From an uncultured Acidobacteriota bacterium (lineage in GTDB: Bacteria > Acidobacteriota > Vicinamibacteria > Fen-336): a stretch of 64,000 nucleotides of DNA. Positions 39,962-50,062 of this stretch are shown piece after piece. The position numbers were made by a program, and so were the translations under genes. The stretch lies in assembly GCA_963720545.1 (NCBI GenBank), contig OY970399.1, positions 3,520,001 to 3,584,000 of the forward strand. Direction: 5' to 3'. The notes beneath the pieces were generated by a model. The model did no database searches and was not told the origin of the DNA. It saw only the letters and a program-made list of their open reading frames with translations. Each line of letters starts with the position of its first letter. Within the stretch, counting starts at the first letter, position 1.

Positions 39962-41165
39962 TCAGCACTGCGATCTCGTCGGTCCGGGCGTTGTGAAGGT
40001 CGAGGCGGATGCGGCCGTCGGCCGTTTGACTGACAACCGCTGGCACCGATGAACCACTGAGCAGGTAGCCCTTCGGCAGCACCACCGCGTTCCTCGGCCT
40101 GCCGAGCGTTCGGTCGAAGACGAAGCCGTCGCCTTCGACGCGGTAGCTCTTCGCATCGGTATAGGTTTCCGAGATCCGCAGGCGCAGCGAGCGGCCCTTC
40201 GTGACGGCAGGGAACCGGATGACGACCACCTCGGTATCCGCCTTCACGGGACCTTCCTCACCAAGGTCGAGCTTTGCTTCGGTGATCGCCGTGCCGCGCA
40301 GGGTCTCGACCTTCAACGCCTCGCCCGTGTCGAGGATGCGGGCCGAGGGCTGCGAGGCCTTGCTGCCCGCGCGCACCACGTTGAGATACTTGTCGATGCC
40401 TTCGCGCGACTCCGTGTAGTCGTGGTACAGGTCGAACGAATGCGTCTCGGGCGGGTTGAGGAAGTACACGATGTCGCGGTCCTGGTGCGCCCGCTCATCG
40501 GTTCGGCGGGCGATCTCCTCTGCAGGCAGCGCGCCCGCAGCCGTTGCCGGTGCGGCTACTGCGCGCGCCTTCGCCGCGGTGACCTTGTAGCTGACGGCAT
40601 CGGGTCCCGTGTTCATGAAGCTGACTCGCACCCGGCCATCCGCCTCAAGAGCCATCTGCGACGGAAAGGAACAGGCGAAGAGGTCGTAGCCCTTCGGCAA
40701 GACCACCGAGTTGCGCTTGATGCCGAGCGAGCGCTCGAAGACGATGTGGTCGCCTTCCTGGCGGTAGCTCTTCGCGTCGGCATAGGTCTTGTCGATGAGC
40801 AGTCGCACCTGGCCGTCTTTCGGCACGGGGCGCGGCAGCGTGACCTTGATGTACTGCTCGTCGTCCACGGCTTCCGCCACGCCGCCAGCGCGCGCCGCGG
40901 CGCCGCCGACCACCTCGAACGGCAGCTTCTGTCCGTCCATGCGGTCGTACACCGCTTCGTCGCTCGCGGCACTGCCCTTGCGGATCGGGTTGAAGTAGAA
41001 GCGCGCCCCTGCCGTCGTTGCGGTGACTTCGTAGGTGATGCGGAACCTGGCCGTCCCGGGTGCGAGCAGTTCGTAGCGCGTGTATTCGTCCGATTCGGTT
41101 TGCACCGGCGCTTCGGCGAGCGCCGGCGCCGCGGCGAGAAGCAGGGCGAAGAGCAGTGATGGCAT
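39933..41165 (-). CDS. Secreted hypothetical protein made of two homologous halves
   Basis: Signal peptide. TYADAKSYRQEGD...FERSLGIKRNSVVLPKGY versus TYTDAKSYRVEGD...FDRTLGRPRNAVVLPKGY. Confidence 0.85.
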   Translation of the reverse strand: MPSLLFALLLAAAPALAEAPVQTESDEYTRYELLAPGTARFRITYEVTATTAGARFYFNPIRKGSAASDEAVYDRMDGQKLPFEVVGGAAARAGGVAEAVDDEQYIKVTLPRPVPKDGQVRLLIDKTYADAKSYRQEGDHIVFERSLGIKRNSVVLPKGYDLFACSFPSQMALEADGRVRVSFMNTGPDAVSYKVTAAKARAVAAPATAAGALPAEEIARRTDERAHQDRDIVYFLNPPETHSFDLYHDYTESREGIDKYLNVVRAGSKASQPSARILDTGEALKVETLRGTAITEAKLDLGEEGPVKADTEVVVIRFPAVTKGRSLRLRISETYTDAKSYRVEGDGFVFDRTLGRPRNAVVLPKGYLLSGSSVPAVVSQTADGRIRLDLHNARTDEIAVLISGRKAGSP

Positions 41166-41187
41166 GGTGAGCGGAGTATAGCCAGTG

Positions 41188-42663
41188 CTACTGGACGTAA
41201 CCGAGCGCGCGCAACTCCTCGAGCGACTCCTGGCTCATCGGCGCGGCCTTCGCCTTGCCGGTCCTGGCGGCGACCAGCTTGCGAAGCGCCGCATCCAACG
41301 GCGCCGCAAGCGCGCGCGAGTCGGCCTTCTGCGCAAGGTTCGTCGCCTCGCCCGGGTCGGCCACGAGATCGTACAGCTCTGTTTGCAGGGGAACGGCCGG
41401 CAGCCGCGCACGGCCCGCGGCGCGCACCTGCTGGGTGCTCATCCACAGGACGTACTTCAGCCGATCGGTCCGCAGGCTCTTGGCCTCGTCATCGCGCGAC
41501 AGCGACTCGCTCACCGCTGGCCGCGACCGAGCTCCCCGCTGCTCCCAGAACTCCCTCAGGGATTGACCTTGCACCTCGGCCGGCACCTCGGTGCCCGTGA
41601 CGTCGAGGATGGTGGGCATCACGTCGATCGCACGCGTCACCGCGGCGACGCGGCGGCCGGCGGCCGCGGACGCGGGCAGTTTCAGGATCAGCGGAACGTG
41701 TATCAGCTCCTCGTGCAGGGTGTTGCCGTGGATGTCGAAGAAGCGGTCGTCGCGTTCGCCGAGCTGCTCGCCGTGGTCGCTGGTGAAGACGATGAGCGTG
41801 TTGTCGTACTGTCCGCTGGTCTTCAGCTGCGCCACCACGCGGCCGAGTGCCTTGTCGGCCGACAACACGCCGCCGTCGTACAGTGCCGAAACGACCTCCG
41901 CCGAAAAGGCGCCGCGGTCCCGCAGCTCGGCCGACTCGAGGCGCGCCACCGCACGACCTTCCCGGCTCTCGGCGAGTTCGTCGAGGGCAGTGCGCAGCGC
42001 CGCCGCGCGGTTCGCCGGCAGCACCGACTCCAGGAACTCGCCGTGCAGGTAGGGCGCGTGCACCTCGAAGGTGTGCCAGAAGATGAAGAACGGCGCTTCC
42101 TGCCGGCGCGCGACGGCGTTCAGCAGCCGCCCGAGGTTGCGCTCGTCGAGCTTGCCCATGAAGGTCTGGTAGCGGACGAAGCCGCGGTCGAAGCCGACGC
42201 GCGGATCCATGGTCGCGCCGCCCGTGAACGCCACCGAGCGGTAGCCGTGCGCGGAAAGGAGCTCGGGCAGCGTGCGGTGTTCGTCGCCGAGCCGCTCGAA
42301 GCCGGCGCTCGCGAGCAGCGCTCCCGTCAGCTCCTTGAAGGAACGGGTGACGCCGTGCGCCGACGGCAACAGGCCGGTGAACAGGCTCATGTGGCTCGGC
42401 GTCGTCCATGGCGCAGCCGTGATGTGATGTTCGAACAGCACCGCGTCGCGCGCGAGCGCGTCGAGGTTGGGGCTCGTGACGCGCGCGCGGTAGCCGTAGG
42501 CGTTGAGGCGGTCGGCGCGCAGCGTGTCGATCGAGATGAGCAGGACGTTCGGCCCGCCGCGACGCGGCTGCGGTGCCTGGCGGCAACCCGCGCTCACGAA
42601 CGCCGCCGTGACCATGACGACCATGACGACGACGAGTGCCGGAGAGCGCGGGGCCCGCGGCAA
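41188..42663 (-). CDS. Sulfatase-like (alkaline phosphatase superfamily) lipoprotein with a non-canonical active site
   Basis: PNVLLISIDTLRAD, WTTPSHMSLFTG, HAPY, TSDHGE. Lipobox SAGC. Confidence 0.88.
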   Translation of the reverse strand: MPRAPRSPALVVVMVVMVTAAFVSAGCRQAPQPRRGGPNVLLISIDTLRADRLNAYGYRARVTSPNLDALARDAVLFEHHITAAPWTTPSHMSLFTGLLPSAHGVTRSFKELTGALLASAGFERLGDEHRTLPELLSAHGYRSVAFTGGATMDPRVGFDRGFVRYQTFMGKLDERNLGRLLNAVARRQEAPFFIFWHTFEVHAPYLHGEFLESVLPANRAAALRTALDELAESREGRAVARLESAELRDRGAFSAEVVSALYDGGVLSADKALGRVVAQLKTSGQYDNTLIVFTSDHGEQLGERDDRFFDIHGNTLHEELIHVPLILKLPASAAAGRRVAAVTRAIDVMPTILDVTGTEVPAEVQGQSLREFWEQRGARSRPAVSESLSRDDEAKSLRTDRLKYVLWMSTQQVRAAGRARLPAVPLQTELYDLVADPGEATNLAQKADSRALAAPLDAALRKLVAARTGKAKAAPMSQESLEELRALGYVQ

Positions 42664-42667
42664 GGAG

Positions 42668-44227
42668 CTAGCTGTGGACCGCCAGCGGTGACGGTGCGGT
42701 TGCCGCCTTCAGGTATGCGTTGGGGTCGTGCTCGACGCCGCCTTCGGGCAGCGAATCCCACAGCGCGCCGAGCGCGCTCTTGACGCGGCTGCGGTAGAAC
42801 GCCGGGACCGTTGCGGTTTCGCCGTCGAAGAAGCTGCGCACCGAGCGGTCGGTGTCGAGCAGGCCGCGCACCGTGGAGTCGTGGCGGATGCGGCCATGGC
42901 CTTCCGACGAGATGGCGCGCACCAGGTTGAGCGAGCGCGTGAGGAAGCCGTTGTTGGCCGCGAGCCGGCGGCCGATCGCGCGCGCCGAAAACGTGTACTT
43001 GCGCAGGTCGATGATCCGGTCGTAGAGGGCCGACCAGCTGTAGTTCTTGGGCTGCACGTTCATCGCGTGGTTGTTGTCGAGGAAGTGGAACGGGAACGGC
43101 AGCACGCGGCCGCTGCGCTGTAGCTCGAGGTTGAGCGGCGCCGCCTGGCCGAACGCCGAGAACAATGAGTAGGCGGGGAAGGCGCCCGGCGTCTTGTCGA
43201 CGAAGCGCTTGGTGAGCTCGAAGGGCTCATCGCCCATGTCGCAGTCGAGGCCCAGGACGAAGTTGGTCTGGACGTACGGGATGTAGCGCAGGATGGTGTT
43301 GACGTGGTCGGAGACCTGCTGCACCTTTCCGAGGCCGGTGTTCTTGCCGGTCTTCGACTTGTTCCCCATGTCATACCACGACTCGATGCCCGGGAGGATC
43401 GCCTTGAAACCGTTCTTCGCCAGCCGCTTCAGGTGCGGCTCGGAAAGGAGCGACAAGCTGCTCTCGGCAGCGAAGTCGATGGCGCCGGCAGGCACCGCTT
43501 CCTCGATCGCCGACATGGTCTCGTCGAAGCGCACGCCGAAGTTCGGGTCGTGCCAGCCGATACGCGGCCGCTTCAGCTTGGCGAGCAGGAAGCGCAGGTC
43601 TTCCTGGATCTGGTCGTGCGCGAGCGGCTGGTAGTCGACGTTGGCGTCGATACAGAAGCTGCAGGTGTACGGGCAGCCGAGGCTGCCGATCATCGGCACG
43701 ATCTTCACCGTCGGCGCCTTGGCGATCGTCGGCGCGATGAACTTCCACCGCTCCTTGATGCCGGGAAGCTGCAGCGGCTGCTTCTTGGCGCCCAGCCGCA
43801 GGCCCTCGGGACGATGCGGCGCGCAGTCGGCCAGCACCTCGCGCACCACCGAGCGATCGGTGAAGCCGAGCACGTAATCGAAATAGCGTGCCGCGTCTTC
43901 CGGATAGCAGCGCGCATGCGGCCCGCCGAGCACCGTGACGACGCCGCGCTGCCGGTACTGGTTGCTGATGGCCGCGGCGGTGTGCGCGGCGGCGGTGAAG
44001 GCTCCTATGAAAAGGATGTCGATGTCGGGCGGCAGCTCTTTCCCGAGGTCCTCGAAGCCGGTGTAGCAGACGAACACCACCTCGTGCCCGGCTTCCTCGC
44101 ACCACACGCCGATCACCTGCGGCATGATGCTCGCGAAGTTCGGCTGCATGATCCGGTTCCACAGGTTGCCCGAAGGCCCGTTCTGCACCAGGTCGAGGAC
44201 GCCCACACGCAAACGCTTCAATCGCAC
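42668..44227 (-). CDS. B12-binding-domain radical SAM protein
   Basis: VLGGPHA, GCPYTCSFC (CxxxCxxC), DPNF, GIES, FVLGLD. Confidence 0.9.
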   Translation of the reverse strand: MRLKRLRVGVLDLVQNGPSGNLWNRIMQPNFASIMPQVIGVWCEEAGHEVVFVCYTGFEDLGKELPPDIDILFIGAFTAAAHTAAAISNQYRQRGVVTVLGGPHARCYPEDAARYFDYVLGFTDRSVVREVLADCAPHRPEGLRLGAKKQPLQLPGIKERWKFIAPTIAKAPTVKIVPMIGSLGCPYTCSFCIDANVDYQPLAHDQIQEDLRFLLAKLKRPRIGWHDPNFGVRFDETMSAIEEAVPAGAIDFAAESSLSLLSEPHLKRLAKNGFKAILPGIESWYDMGNKSKTGKNTGLGKVQQVSDHVNTILRYIPYVQTNFVLGLDCDMGDEPFELTKRFVDKTPGAFPAYSLFSAFGQAAPLNLELQRSGRVLPFPFHFLDNNHAMNVQPKNYSWSALYDRIIDLRKYTFSARAIGRRLAANNGFLTRSLNLVRAISSEGHGRIRHDSTVRGLLDTDRSVRSFFDGETATVPAFYRSRVKSALGALWDSLPEGGVEHDPNAYLKAATAPSPLAVHS

Positions 44228-44272
44228 CTCTTGGAGGGGACCACTCTACGCCCTTTAGGGGAAAACCCTTAG

Positions 44273-45406
44273 CTATTCCGCGCGCGCCACGAACAACAGG
44301 TCGAGCGAATACCTCGGCAGCAGCTCTCCCGCCCTGAACATCGCTTTCATGAGTGGTATTGCCCACTTACGGTTCCACGCTCGCTGCAGCCGGTCCAGTT
44401 TCGGCTGGCTGGAAGTCCAGTTGATGAGCAGCTCGAGGTGCAGGCCGCCACGCGACAGCACCTTGAACCCTTCGCGGCGCATCAGCTCGCCCAGTTCGTC
44501 ATAGGACAACTCGCTGAGGTGATCGGGGCTGATGGGACGGTCGGAGCCATCCGCGATGTTTGCAAGCCTGCGGCGGTTGGGCGTGGTGAGGATGAGGACG
44601 CCGCCCGGCTTCAGGACGCGGCGAAACTCGGCCATGGCCGTCGCGGGGTTGGTGAGGTGCTCGATCAGCTCGCCCGCGAACAGCGCGTCGAAGACGCCCG
44701 CGCGAAAGGGCAGGGGATCGGCGAACGAAACCGCCCAGTGAAGCTGCGGGAACTCGCCGCGGCGGCTGCGGATGGCGCCCTCGTCCACGTCGGCGGCCAC
44801 GATGCGAAACGGCCACTTCGGGCGGATCTCGGTGAACAGACTGCGCCCGCAGCCCGCATCGAGGACCAGGGCATTGGGCGGGATGCGCGCGAGGAACACC
44901 GCTTCCAGCTTCTGGAGCACGCGCTCGTGCAGCTTCCACAAGAACGGCTCGTGGACCGCGGGCGTGTAGCCGTGGTCCGCGTGCACGTGCTGGTAGAAGT
45001 GCTTGAGGATGGCCGGGGTCGCCACCTTGCCGGTGACCACGTGGCTCTCCACCACGGAGTTGTCGCTACGGCGCCGGCGCACCAGCTGGATGCCGACCAC
45101 CGGATCCCAGTCGTACGCGGGGTTGGTCCACGAGTCGGCTGGCGCAATGCGCCCCTCCTTCGTCTCGATCCACACCGAGTCCGGGCCGATGGCCCGCAGG
45201 TCGAGGTGCACCGTGAACGTACGCGCGGCCGGCATCGCGAACACCCAGTACCCCGGATGCGTCTGCGGGTGGCTCTCCTGCAGGTGCGAGTAGATGTCCA
45301 CGACGAACAGGTCGCGCCCGGGGCGCGACACACGGCTGCGTACCTCGACCGAACCACGCAGTTCGGAGAGATCTACCGTGGTCGTGATGGGGCGCAGGCG
45401 CCGCAC
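44273..45406 (-). CDS. Class I SAM methyltransferase with an uncharacterised N-terminal domain
   Basis: VLDAGCG, ELIEHL, RRVLKPGG, TTPN. Confidence 0.85.
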   Translation of the reverse strand: MRRLRPITTTVDLSELRGSVEVRSRVSRPGRDLFVVDIYSHLQESHPQTHPGYWVFAMPAARTFTVHLDLRAIGPDSVWIETKEGRIAPADSWTNPAYDWDPVVGIQLVRRRRSDNSVVESHVVTGKVATPAILKHFYQHVHADHGYTPAVHEPFLWKLHERVLQKLEAVFLARIPPNALVLDAGCGRSLFTEIRPKWPFRIVAADVDEGAIRSRRGEFPQLHWAVSFADPLPFRAGVFDALFAGELIEHLTNPATAMAEFRRVLKPGGVLILTTPNRRRLANIADGSDRPISPDHLSELSYDELGELMRREGFKVLSRGGLHLELLINWTSSQPKLDRLQRAWNRKWAIPLMKAMFRAGELLPRYSLDLLFVARAE

Positions 45407-45410
45407 GCGG

Positions 45411-46259
45411 CTAGGCGCTGGCGAGCAGCTTCTTCACGTATTCATACGAGCGGCGCACGCCCTCGGTCGGCGCCTTCTCGTCGAGTTCGTATTCGACGTT
45501 GAGCGCGTAGGGGTATTTCAGTTCCTGCGCCACCTTCAGGAACGCTGCGATCGGCGTCTTGCCCTCGCCGAACTGCGTGAAGGTGTTGTCCGGGTCGCGC
45601 ACCGTGTCTTTCACGTGCACGCTGACGATGCGCTTGTGGTGCTCGCGGAAGAACGCGACCGGGTCGTGGCCCGCGGCCGAGAAATGGCCGATGTCGAGGT
45701 TGATCGCGATGTGCTCGGAGCGGCCCTTCATGGCTTCGGCCCAGTCCTCGGGGCTCTCGAAATTCTTGGCGCGGTCGCCCTTGAACCAGCTCTCGCCGAA
45801 CCAGTGGTTGTGCAGGCCGATGGTGACGTCGTATTTCGTCGCGTACTGGTCGAGCCGCGGGACGATCGCCTTTTCCGTGGAGGTCGTCATGACCTTCGTC
45901 CCCAGCAGGCCCGCGCCGCGGAAGCTCTTGTCGAGGAGCTCGTCGCTCGCCTCGGGCGCGAAGTTGACGCAGTAGGCGTTGATCGTGATCCCGGCGGCGG
46001 CGAACTTGTCGCGGGTCGCCTTGAAATCGGCCTCGTTCGCCTTGGCGGGATCGAGGTGGCCGTCCCACAGCTCGACGCTCTTGAGGCCGATCGACGTCAT
46101 CGCCTCGATCATGCGCTCGACGCTGAAGGCGCGGAATGAATAGCTCTGCACGCCGATTTCGAGACTGTGCGCGGCGGCGGCGGCGGAGCGGGTGAGGGCC
46201 ATGCCGGCGACGGCGGCGCCGACGCCTGCGGTGAACTCGCGACGGGTGATCGTGACCAT
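45411..46259 (-). CDS. Sugar phosphate isomerase/epimerase (AP endonuclease 2 TIM barrel), Tat-exported
   Basis: TRREF signal, [26 protein letters not shown]. Confidence 0.9.
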   Translation of the reverse strand: MVTITRREFTAGVGAAVAGMALTRSAAAAAHSLEIGVQSYSFRAFSVERMIEAMTSIGLKSVELWDGHLDPAKANEADFKATRDKFAAAGITINAYCVNFAPEASDELLDKSFRGAGLLGTKVMTTSTEKAIVPRLDQYATKYDVTIGLHNHWFGESWFKGDRAKNFESPEDWAEAMKGRSEHIAINLDIGHFSAAGHDPVAFFREHHKRIVSVHVKDTVRDPDNTFTQFGEGKTPIAAFLKVAQELKYPYALNVEYELDEKAPTEGVRRSYEYVKKLLASA

Positions 46260-46315
46260 GGGCGGATGATACAGTCGCTCGTCAAGCAGCGGAGTTCCTC
46301 TCTCAAGGATGCGGG

Positions 46316-47560
46316 GTGGCTATGGCCAGGGCGTTCGAGCCACGGTTCATGAAGATCGGCGTGCTGACGGCTGCCCTGCAGGAGCTGACCCCGCGCACCG
46401 TGCGCGACCAGGATCCCGACCGCGCCGTTGAGGAATGGGCCGCCTTCGCCCGTCAGGTCGGCGCCGACTACATGCAGCTCTCGGCCGCCCTGCACCCGTC
46501 GGTCGCCGACGTCCCGGCCGAGGCGCTCCTCGACCCGGTGGCGAACACCCTCGACTTGCGCGAACCCTTCGACAAGGACCGTGCCGCGCGCGTCCGTCGT
46601 GCGCTCGACGCCCACGACCTCGGGCTCTCGGACATCGGCTACTTCGACAACATGCTGCACGACGACGCCGCGGTGCGCGCGCGCAAGCACGACTTCATGA
46701 AGCGGGTGATGGACGCCGCAGTGCTGCTGGGCGTCGACGCGGTCTGCGGTTTCGTCGGCCGCAACCAGCTGCTGTCGATGGACCAGAACCTCGGCGACTT
46801 CGAGACCGGCTTCGTGCCGCTGCTGCGCTACGCCGCCGACCGCGGCCTGACCTACCGCATCGAGCAGTGCCCGATGCCGGGCTGGACCACCGGCGACAAC
46901 TGGCACAACCAGATCGCCTACACGCCGGGCACCTGGATCGCCCTGCATCGCATCGCCGCGCGCCACGGCGTCGGCGACGCCTTCCGCATCCACTACGACC
47001 CCTCGCACGCCATCCTCATGGGCCAGGACACGCGCTCGTTGTTCCAGTACCTGCGCGACACCGGCTACGCGTTCCTCATCGGCGGCTTCCACGTGAAGGG
47101 CCAGGTGATCGACGCGAAGGGGATCTCGGCCTGGGGCTACGGCGGGCAGACCGTGGAGCGTGGCGACTGGAAAGACGGCAAGCCGTCGCCCGACCCGAAG
47201 GACCAGGGCAACGCGTGGAAGAAGCACACGGTCTTCAGCGAGCACGAGCTGCCGGGCACCGCGCGACACGATCCGCTCGGGTACTTGCAGAACCGCACCG
47301 TCGACTGGCTCGACCACCAACTGGCCGCGCGCGAGCTGCTCGACCTCGACGTCGCGAACACGCACCTGGTGGTGGAGCACGAGTACCCCAAGGCGCGCAT
47401 CCAGGACAAGGACAAGCTGGCGCCGATCCTCGAGGGGTCGATCGCCTACACGCGGCGCATCGACGAAGCCGCGGCGTGCATGTACGCGCTGCAGCACGAG
47501 GTGCTCGCCGACCAGGGCATCCCGATCCAGGGTTTCGGCCGTCAGGCCTACAGGAGCTGA
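46316..47560 (+). CDS. Sugar phosphate isomerase/epimerase family (xylose-isomerase-like TIM barrel)
   Basis: [23 protein letters not shown]. Start may be 46322 or 46349. Confidence 0.85.
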   Translation: MAMARAFEPRFMKIGVLTAALQELTPRTVRDQDPDRAVEEWAAFARQVGADYMQLSAALHPSVADVPAEALLDPVANTLDLREPFDKDRAARVRRALDAHDLGLSDIGYFDNMLHDDAAVRARKHDFMKRVMDAAVLLGVDAVCGFVGRNQLLSMDQNLGDFETGFVPLLRYAADRGLTYRIEQCPMPGWTTGDNWHNQIAYTPGTWIALHRIAARHGVGDAFRIHYDPSHAILMGQDTRSLFQYLRDTGYAFLIGGFHVKGQVIDAKGISAWGYGGQTVERGDWKDGKPSPDPKDQGNAWKKHTVFSEHELPGTARHDPLGYLQNRTVDWLDHQLAARELLDLDVANTHLVVEHEYPKARIQDKDKLAPILEGSIAYTRRIDEAAACMYALQHEVLADQGIPIQGFGRQAYRS

Positions 47561-47564
47561 CCGA

Positions 47565-49238
47565 ATGAAACAGTACGACGTGGCGATCGTCGGGTCGGGC
47601 GCGGGCGGCGGCATGGCGGCGAAGGTGCTTGCCGAAGCCGGCGCAGAGTGCGTGCTGCTCGAGGCCGGCCAGACGTGGTCGGCGGCCAGGGACGGCAAGA
47701 TGTTCGGCTGGAACTACGACTCGCCGCGCCGCGGTGCCGGCACCCGGCTGCGGCCGTTCGGCGAGTATGACGGCTGCATCGGCGGCTGGGACATCGAAGG
47801 CGAGCCGTACACGGTTGCGAAGGGCGAGGAGTTCCTGTGGTTCCGGGCGCGCATGCTCGGCGGGCGCACCAATCACTGGGGCCGCATCTCGCTGCGCGCC
47901 GGTCCGTGGGACTTCAAGGCACGCAGCCGCGACGGCCTCGGCGACGACTGGCCCATCGGCTACGACGACATCAAGCCGTACTACGACAAGCTCGACCGCC
48001 TGGTGGGTTTGCACGGCTCGATGGAGGGGCTGCCGAACGACCCCGACGGCATCTTCCTGCCGCCGCCGGCGCCGCGCGCCTCCGACATCCTCATCAAGCG
48101 CGCCGCCGGCAAGCTGAAGATCACCTGCATTCCGGGGCGCGCTTCGGTGCTCACCCAGCCGCACAATGGCCGGCCGGCCTGCCACTACTGCGGCAACTGC
48201 GGGCGCGGCTGCGCCACGGACTCCAACTTCTCGACGCCGTCGGTGCTGCTGCCGCCGGCGCTCGCCACCGGCAAGCTCACGATCGTCACAGGCGCGATGG
48301 CGCGCGAGGTGCTGACCGACAGCGAGGGGCTCGCCACGGGCGTCTCCTACGTCGACACCAGGACCGGTGAGGAACAGCAGGTGCGTGCCCGGATCGTGGT
48401 GCTGGCGGCCAGCGCCTGCGAGACCGCGCGGCTGATGCTCAACTCGAAATCGCCGCGCCACCCGAACGGCCTCGCGAATTCGAGCGGGGCTGTGGGCCGC
48501 TACCTCACCGATTCCACCGGCGCCAGCGTCGGCGGGCAGGTGCCGGCGCTCGAAGCGCTGCCGCCCCACAATGAAGACGGCACCGGCAGCCAGCACATCT
48601 ACATGCCGTGGTGGATCGACAACACGAAGGTCGACTTCCCACGCGGCTACCACATCGAGCCGGGCGGCGGGCGCGGCATGCCGGGCTACGGTTTCATGGG
48701 CGGCATTCAGAAGATCCAGGGCGGCGGTTACGGCAAGAAGCTGAAGGACGACTACCGCCGGTTGTACGGCTCGTTCGTCGGCTTCGCCGGCCGCGGCGAG
48801 ATGGTGCCGAACGAACACTCGTTCTGCGAGATCGACCCGCATGTGGTCGACCGCTGGGGCATCCCGGTGCTGCGCTTCCATTGGCGCTGGTCCGAGTTCG
48901 AGATCAACCAGGCGCGCCACATGCAGCAGACGTTCGTCGAGATCATCGACGCCATGGGCGGCAAGGTCATCGGCCCGCTGCCGGGGCGCGACAAGCTGTA
49001 CGGCCTCGAGGCCGGCGGCGAGATCATCCACGAGGCGGGCACCACGCGCATGGGCGACAGCCCGCGCACTTCGGTGGTCGACATGTGGTGCCGCGCCCAC
49101 GACTGCCGCAACCTGTTCGTCGCCGACAGCGGCCCGTTCGTCACCAACTCGCACAAGAACATGACCTGGACCATCCTCGCGCTGTCGATGCGCACCGCCG
49201 AGAACATCGCTGCCGAGCGCGCCAAGGGGGGCCTCTGA
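47565..49238 (+). CDS. GMC family FAD oxidoreductase (glycoside 3-dehydrogenase-like catalytic subunit), copy 1
   Basis: VGSGAGGG, GGRTNHWGR, CHYCGNCGRGC, IHEAGTTRMG, KNMTWTILALS. Confidence 0.93.
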   Translation: MKQYDVAIVGSGAGGGMAAKVLAEAGAECVLLEAGQTWSAARDGKMFGWNYDSPRRGAGTRLRPFGEYDGCIGGWDIEGEPYTVAKGEEFLWFRARMLGGRTNHWGRISLRAGPWDFKARSRDGLGDDWPIGYDDIKPYYDKLDRLVGLHGSMEGLPNDPDGIFLPPPAPRASDILIKRAAGKLKITCIPGRASVLTQPHNGRPACHYCGNCGRGCATDSNFSTPSVLLPPALATGKLTIVTGAMAREVLTDSEGLATGVSYVDTRTGEEQQVRARIVVLAASACETARLMLNSKSPRHPNGLANSSGAVGRYLTDSTGASVGGQVPALEALPPHNEDGTGSQHIYMPWWIDNTKVDFPRGYHIEPGGGRGMPGYGFMGGIQKIQGGGYGKKLKDDYRRLYGSFVGFAGRGEMVPNEHSFCEIDPHVVDRWGIPVLRFHWRWSEFEINQARHMQQTFVEIIDAMGGKVIGPLPGRDKLYGLEAGGEIIHEAGTTRMGDSPRTSVVDMWCRAHDCRNLFVADSGPFVTNSHKNMTWTILALSMRTAENIAAERAKGGL

Positions 49239-49894
49239 TGACGATGCCAACGAGCGCCAAGCGCCGTTCGCTGCTGCAGTTCCTCGGCACCGCGCCACTC
49301 GTGGCCGGCCTGACGGTTGAGGGGGCGTCTGCTGCCGGCGCGCACGCGGCTGCGTCCGTCGGCGCTGCGGCGGCCGGCAAGGCGTACCAGCCGAAGTTCT
49401 TCACCGCGCACGAGTGGCAAACGGTGCGCATGCTCACCGACCTGATCCTGCCGAAAGACGAGCGCTCCGGCAGCGCCACCGACGCCGGCGTGCCCGAGTT
49501 CATGGACTTCATCATGACCGACCCGGCGGTGGACGATCGCTCGCGCGAAGCGCGCCAGGTGTCGATGCGCGGCGGCCTCGCGTGGCTCGACAACCAGAGC
49601 CGCGAGCGCAGCGGCAAGACGTTCGTGGCTGCGACCGACGCGGAGCGCATCCAGCTCCTCGATGCCGTCGCCTACTGGAAGGGCGATGACCCGGAGGAAT
49701 ACGAGGACCACCCGACCGACAAGCGGGTCCTGCCCATGGCCCACGGCCCCGCGTTCTTCAACTCGTTCCGCGACCTCACGGCGTCGGGCTTCTTCAGCAG
49801 CAGGATGGGCGTCGCCGACCTCGGCTACATCGGCAACACCGCCTTCAACTGGACGGGCCCGCCGCCGGAAGTGATGAAGAAGCTCGGCGAGTAG
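49238..49894 (+). CDS. Gluconate 2-dehydrogenase subunit 3 family protein (Tat hitch-hiker subunit), copy 1
   Basis: KRRSLL Tat motif, DLILPKD...SATDAGVPEF, FRDLTASGFFSS...LGYIGN. Confidence 0.9.
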   Translation: MTMPTSAKRRSLLQFLGTAPLVAGLTVEGASAAGAHAAASVGAAAAGKAYQPKFFTAHEWQTVRMLTDLILPKDERSGSATDAGVPEFMDFIMTDPAVDDRSREARQVSMRGGLAWLDNQSRERSGKTFVAATDAERIQLLDAVAYWKGDDPEEYEDHPTDKRVLPMAHGPAFFNSFRDLTASGFFSSRMGVADLGYIGNTAFNWTGPPPEVMKKLGE

Positions 49895-49913
49895 CCTCTC
49901 GACCGGCTGGTCG

Positions 49914-50041
49914 TGTCCGTTGTCGCAACCGGCCGTCCGCAATCGGACAGCCAAGGCCTCGTTCAACGCAACGAATTCGCCCGCAACGGACGGCACCGTA
50001 TCGATTTCGTTCCCCGTCGGCGGGGCGGCACAAAGATCGCT
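49914..50041 (+). promoter_or_regulatory. Putative sigma54 promoter with upstream activator sites for the ABC permease
   Basis: TGTCCG at 49914, GTCCG-CAAT-CGGAC at 49935-49948, CGGCACAAAGATCGCT at 50026-50041. Confidence 0.55.
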
Positions 50042-50062
50042 TTAGCAGCGGCGGGGGGGCCC

